IMG/VR virus record: IMGVR_UViG_3300031996_000001
Location: 18,692-82,691 of that record
From: a virus
Taxonomy: Duplodnaviria > Caudoviricetes
Length of the DNA stretch: 64,000 nt
Direction: 5' to 3' (one strand)
Each line of letters begins with the position of its first letter. Position 1 is the first letter of the stretch. The notes below the pieces were generated by a model. It saw nothing but the letters and a program-made list of their open reading frames with translations. It had not been told where the DNA came from and did no database searches. This document shows, piece after piece, positions 62,292 through 64,000 of this stretch. The translations under genes were made by a program, and so were the position numbers.

Positions 62292-64000
62292 ATGCCCTCC
62301 TCGGGCTGCAGGTCGGCCACGGCCGAGGCCGACACCCCGCTGCCATCGTCCTCCGACGGGTAGAAGCCGGGCATGTTGCCCACGTCGGCCACGGTGGTCG
62401 CCGTGCCCGACAGGAACTTGGGCTCCTCACCCGAGTTGTCCCAGATGGCCCAGCGCTGGAAGACCGGCTTGATCGTGTCGAAGTTGACCGCGTTGACGCT
62501 GTTGAACTTCTCGGCCAGCGGGTCGTCCTTGGACAGCGTGTTCTTGGCGATCAGCGAGCCGGGGACCACCCGGCCGCCGAACTGCACCGCGTCCTTGGCG
62601 GCGCCCTCGGTCAGGAAGCCCTGGCGCAGCGCGTCCAGCCCGGCCTGGTGCCGCTTGGCGGCCCGCGTCGCCGAGGTGGTCGGCGGGATGTCCACGAACA
62701 GGCCGTCGACCTTGTAGCCGTTGCCGGTCTTCAGCTGCTGGACGATCTTGGCGACCCAGGGCTCCTCGCCGTCGCGCTCCCGGCCGCCCATCGTGATGTC
62801 GAAGACGACGTTGTAGCCCTCGGCGATCAGCAGCTGCTCCAGCATGTGGTTCATCTCGGAGCTGGCCTCGTGCAGCAGGGACGCCGTCTCGGCCGGGGAG
62901 AGGCCGACGATGTTGGGGAACATCCCCTTCTGCAGCATCAGCTCCTTGAAGTCGTCGGGGTTGGCGACGACCCACTCCTCCTTGCGGAGCATCCGGGCCT
63001 TCTGCATCGCGTCCAGCGTCGTGGACTTCCCGGCGCCGGGCATCCCGCCGAGCATGATCGCGCGCTTGTTCTTCGGCTTCGTCTCGTTGGCCGTGGCCGT
63101 CTGGAAGACCTCGTTGACGGTCTGCTCGAAGAACTGGTGGGCCTCCTCCGACCACAGGCCGTAGGAGTCCTTCAGCGCCTTGTCGAAGCTCAGCTTCGCC
63201 TTGATCGCGTCGTCGGTGACCTGGTTGACATAGCCCTGGTGGGCGATGAAGTCGGAGGCCGAGACGGGGCCCTGACCAGGCTTGATGACCGCCGCCTGGT
63301 CCCCGTACTCCGTGCCGTACTTCGTGGCCGCCTCCCGGTTGAACGCGCTGATCGCGCTGCTGTACTCCTCCAGCGTCTTGGCCGGGGCGTAGCTGTTGGC
63401 GGCGAACTCGTCGGCCGCCGACTGGCCCTCCACCTGCGGGTAGTGGGTGTGGCCGTCCCGCTCGCCGGTGGCCGGGTCCAGGTGCGCCTTCGGCTGCGGG
63501 GCCGTGGCGATCTTGTCGCCCAGCTGGTCCACCGGGATGATCGAGGGGTAGCCCGCCGCCTCGTCCTCCGGGACGTGCTGCGGCTTGCCGTCCGGGCCGG
63601 GGTGCACCGCGTCGAAGTAGGAGACGTAGGCGCCCTGCGGCGTCAGCCGGTCGATCTTGGCGCGGCGGCGCCGGGCGTGCGGGTCGTTCAGGCGACCCAG
63701 GTCCCCGTCACCGAAGACGTTGACCCAGGTGTCCTTGACGATGAACTGGCCGTCCTTGCCGCGCGGGTGCAGCCAGTCCTGCCACCGCGACGCCGTCAGC
63801 ACGGCCGGATCCTGCAACAGACCACTGACACGCGCGCCAGCGACGATCGACGCGAACATGCCGCGCGGCGGCCGGTGCCCGGCGGCGACCAGGTCGCTGA
63901 ACAGCCGGGCGCGCTGGCGCACCTGCTCGGCTGCCGCATGAGAGGGATTATAGTCCCCCGTGTCAACCGCCTGAGCTGCGGCTACATCTCCAGCTCCGCC
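62288..64000 (-). CDS. Head-module protein with Zeta-toxin-like P-loop kinase (5' end outside window)
   Basis: Frame open to 64000; HPRGKDGQF; LGGMPGAGKST, ANPDDFKE, LHEASS, FDIT. Confidence 0.85.
   Translation of the reverse strand, partial: GGAGDVAAAQAVDTGDYNPSHAAAEQVRQRARLFSDLVAAGHRPPRGMFASIVAGARVSGLLQDPAVLTASRWQDWLHPRGKDGQFIVKDTWVNVFGDGDLGRLNDPHARRRRAKIDRLTPQGAYVSYFDAVHPGPDGKPQHVPEDEAAGYPSIIPVDQLGDKIATAPQPKAHLDPATGERDGHTHYPQVEGQSAADEFAANSYAPAKTLEEYSSAISAFNREAATKYGTEYGDQAAVIKPGQGPVSASDFIAHQGYVNQVTDDAIKAKLSFDKALKDSYGLWSEEAHQFFEQTVNEVFQTATANETKPKNKRAIMLGGMPGAGKSTTLDAMQKARMLRKEEWVVANPDDFKELMLQKGMFPNIVGLSPAETASLLHEASSEMNHMLEQLLIAEGYNVVFDITMGGRERDGEEPWVAKIVQQLKTGNGYKVDGLFVDIPPTTSATRAAKRHQAGLDALRQGFLTEGAAKDAVQFGGRVVPGSLIAKNTLSKDDPLAEKFNSVNAVNFDTIKPVFQRWAIWDNSGEEPKFLSGTATTVADVGNMPGFYPSEDDGSGVSASAVADLQPEEGM
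63947..63966 (-). promoter_or_regulatory. Possible internal promoter: TTGACA-8nt-TATAAT
   Basis: TTGACA 63966-61, TATAAT 63952-47 inside an open frame written with rare codons. Confidence 0.45.

Larger units (their letters stand above)
1208..63968. repeat. Dispersed motif GGTTGACA(C/T/G), at least 60 copies, both strands
   Basis: Hand count. 43 exact GGTTGACAC/GTGTCAACC at 1935, 3101, 4692, 5457, 7140, 10807, 12521, 14135, 14363, 17082, 19667, 20386, 21115, 23202, 24482, 25637, 26026, 27257, 29617, 30466, 30926, 33247, 34196, 35446, 37150, 38258, 40092, 41086, 42796, 43860, 46271, 47298, 47715, 49566, 51503, 52395, 53585, 56117, 59561, 60472, 61092, 61783, 63960. 12 GGTTGACAT at 1208, 3765, 8899, 9726, 11517, 16323, 28732, 34450, 35992, 41471, 57689, 63223. 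5 GGTTGACAG at 16678, 18492, 19117, 32391, 57191. Confidence 0.95.

Noticed and set aside
63799-63939. Short ORF from ATG 63939 behind the TATAAT box
   Set aside because: Out of frame inside the kinase gene, with atypical composition; the kinase frame itself stays open to the window end
36-63941. Many long ORFs in the six-frame track (e.g. 227-1213, 3561-4697, 5501-6967, 15893-17683, 22238-24253, 44929-47658, 58789-60477)
   Set aside because: Shadow frames of GC3-rich genes: Arg/Gly/Pro-rich, no RBS, overlap well-supported genes
1208-63968. The motif as a classical polar stoperator
   Set aside because: Copies occur in both orientations within the same operon, unlike L5/Bxb1 stoperators; kept only as an analogy
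1208-63968. The motif as a by-product of m5C deamination of GTCGAC (to GTTGAC/GTCAAC)
   Set aside because: Does not explain the fixed G and ACA flanks, use in L-T and C-Q frames, or even spacing; GTCGAC remains abundant (e.g. 22422, 52083). Not formally excluded without a k-mer test
1-64000. CRISPR array, integrase/att site, transposase
   Set aside because: No repeat-spacer array and no recognisable recombinase or transposase; the dispersed repeats are short single sites

Overview
The window is most of the genome of a high-GC (about 70% by eye) tailed actinobacteriophage, organised like cluster-B-type actinophages. Both ends cut through genes. No terminase large subunit, portal, endolysin, integrase or CRISPR array is visible. 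From left to right it holds: a leftward FN3 + PhoD-like structural gene; thyX; a degenerate LAGLIDADG protein; lsr2; a LuxR-type HTH protein; dcd; many small leftward early genes; one tRNA-Trp; an iteron-type origin; helicase and prim-pol genes; a rightward replication/recombination block (Cas4-like exonuclease, AAA ATPase, SSB-like, PolA, RuvC-like, SNF2 helicase); holin-like membrane genes; small early cassettes; and a leftward tail and head module. Three observations stand out. (1) The motif GGTTGACA(C/T/G) is written into coding sequence about once per gene with otherwise rare codons. I counted at least 60 dispersed copies and at least 85 GTTGACA cores by hand. (2) The same core recurs as tandem TTGACA pairs in about 10 leaderless promoters, six of which start ATG/GTG-ACG-CAG. 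(3) The head module carries two Zeta-toxin-like kinase fusion genes, each coupled to a paralogous small acidic partner gene. All protein family calls come from motif recognition by eye, not database searches. Several start sites were re-chosen relative to the ORF track.
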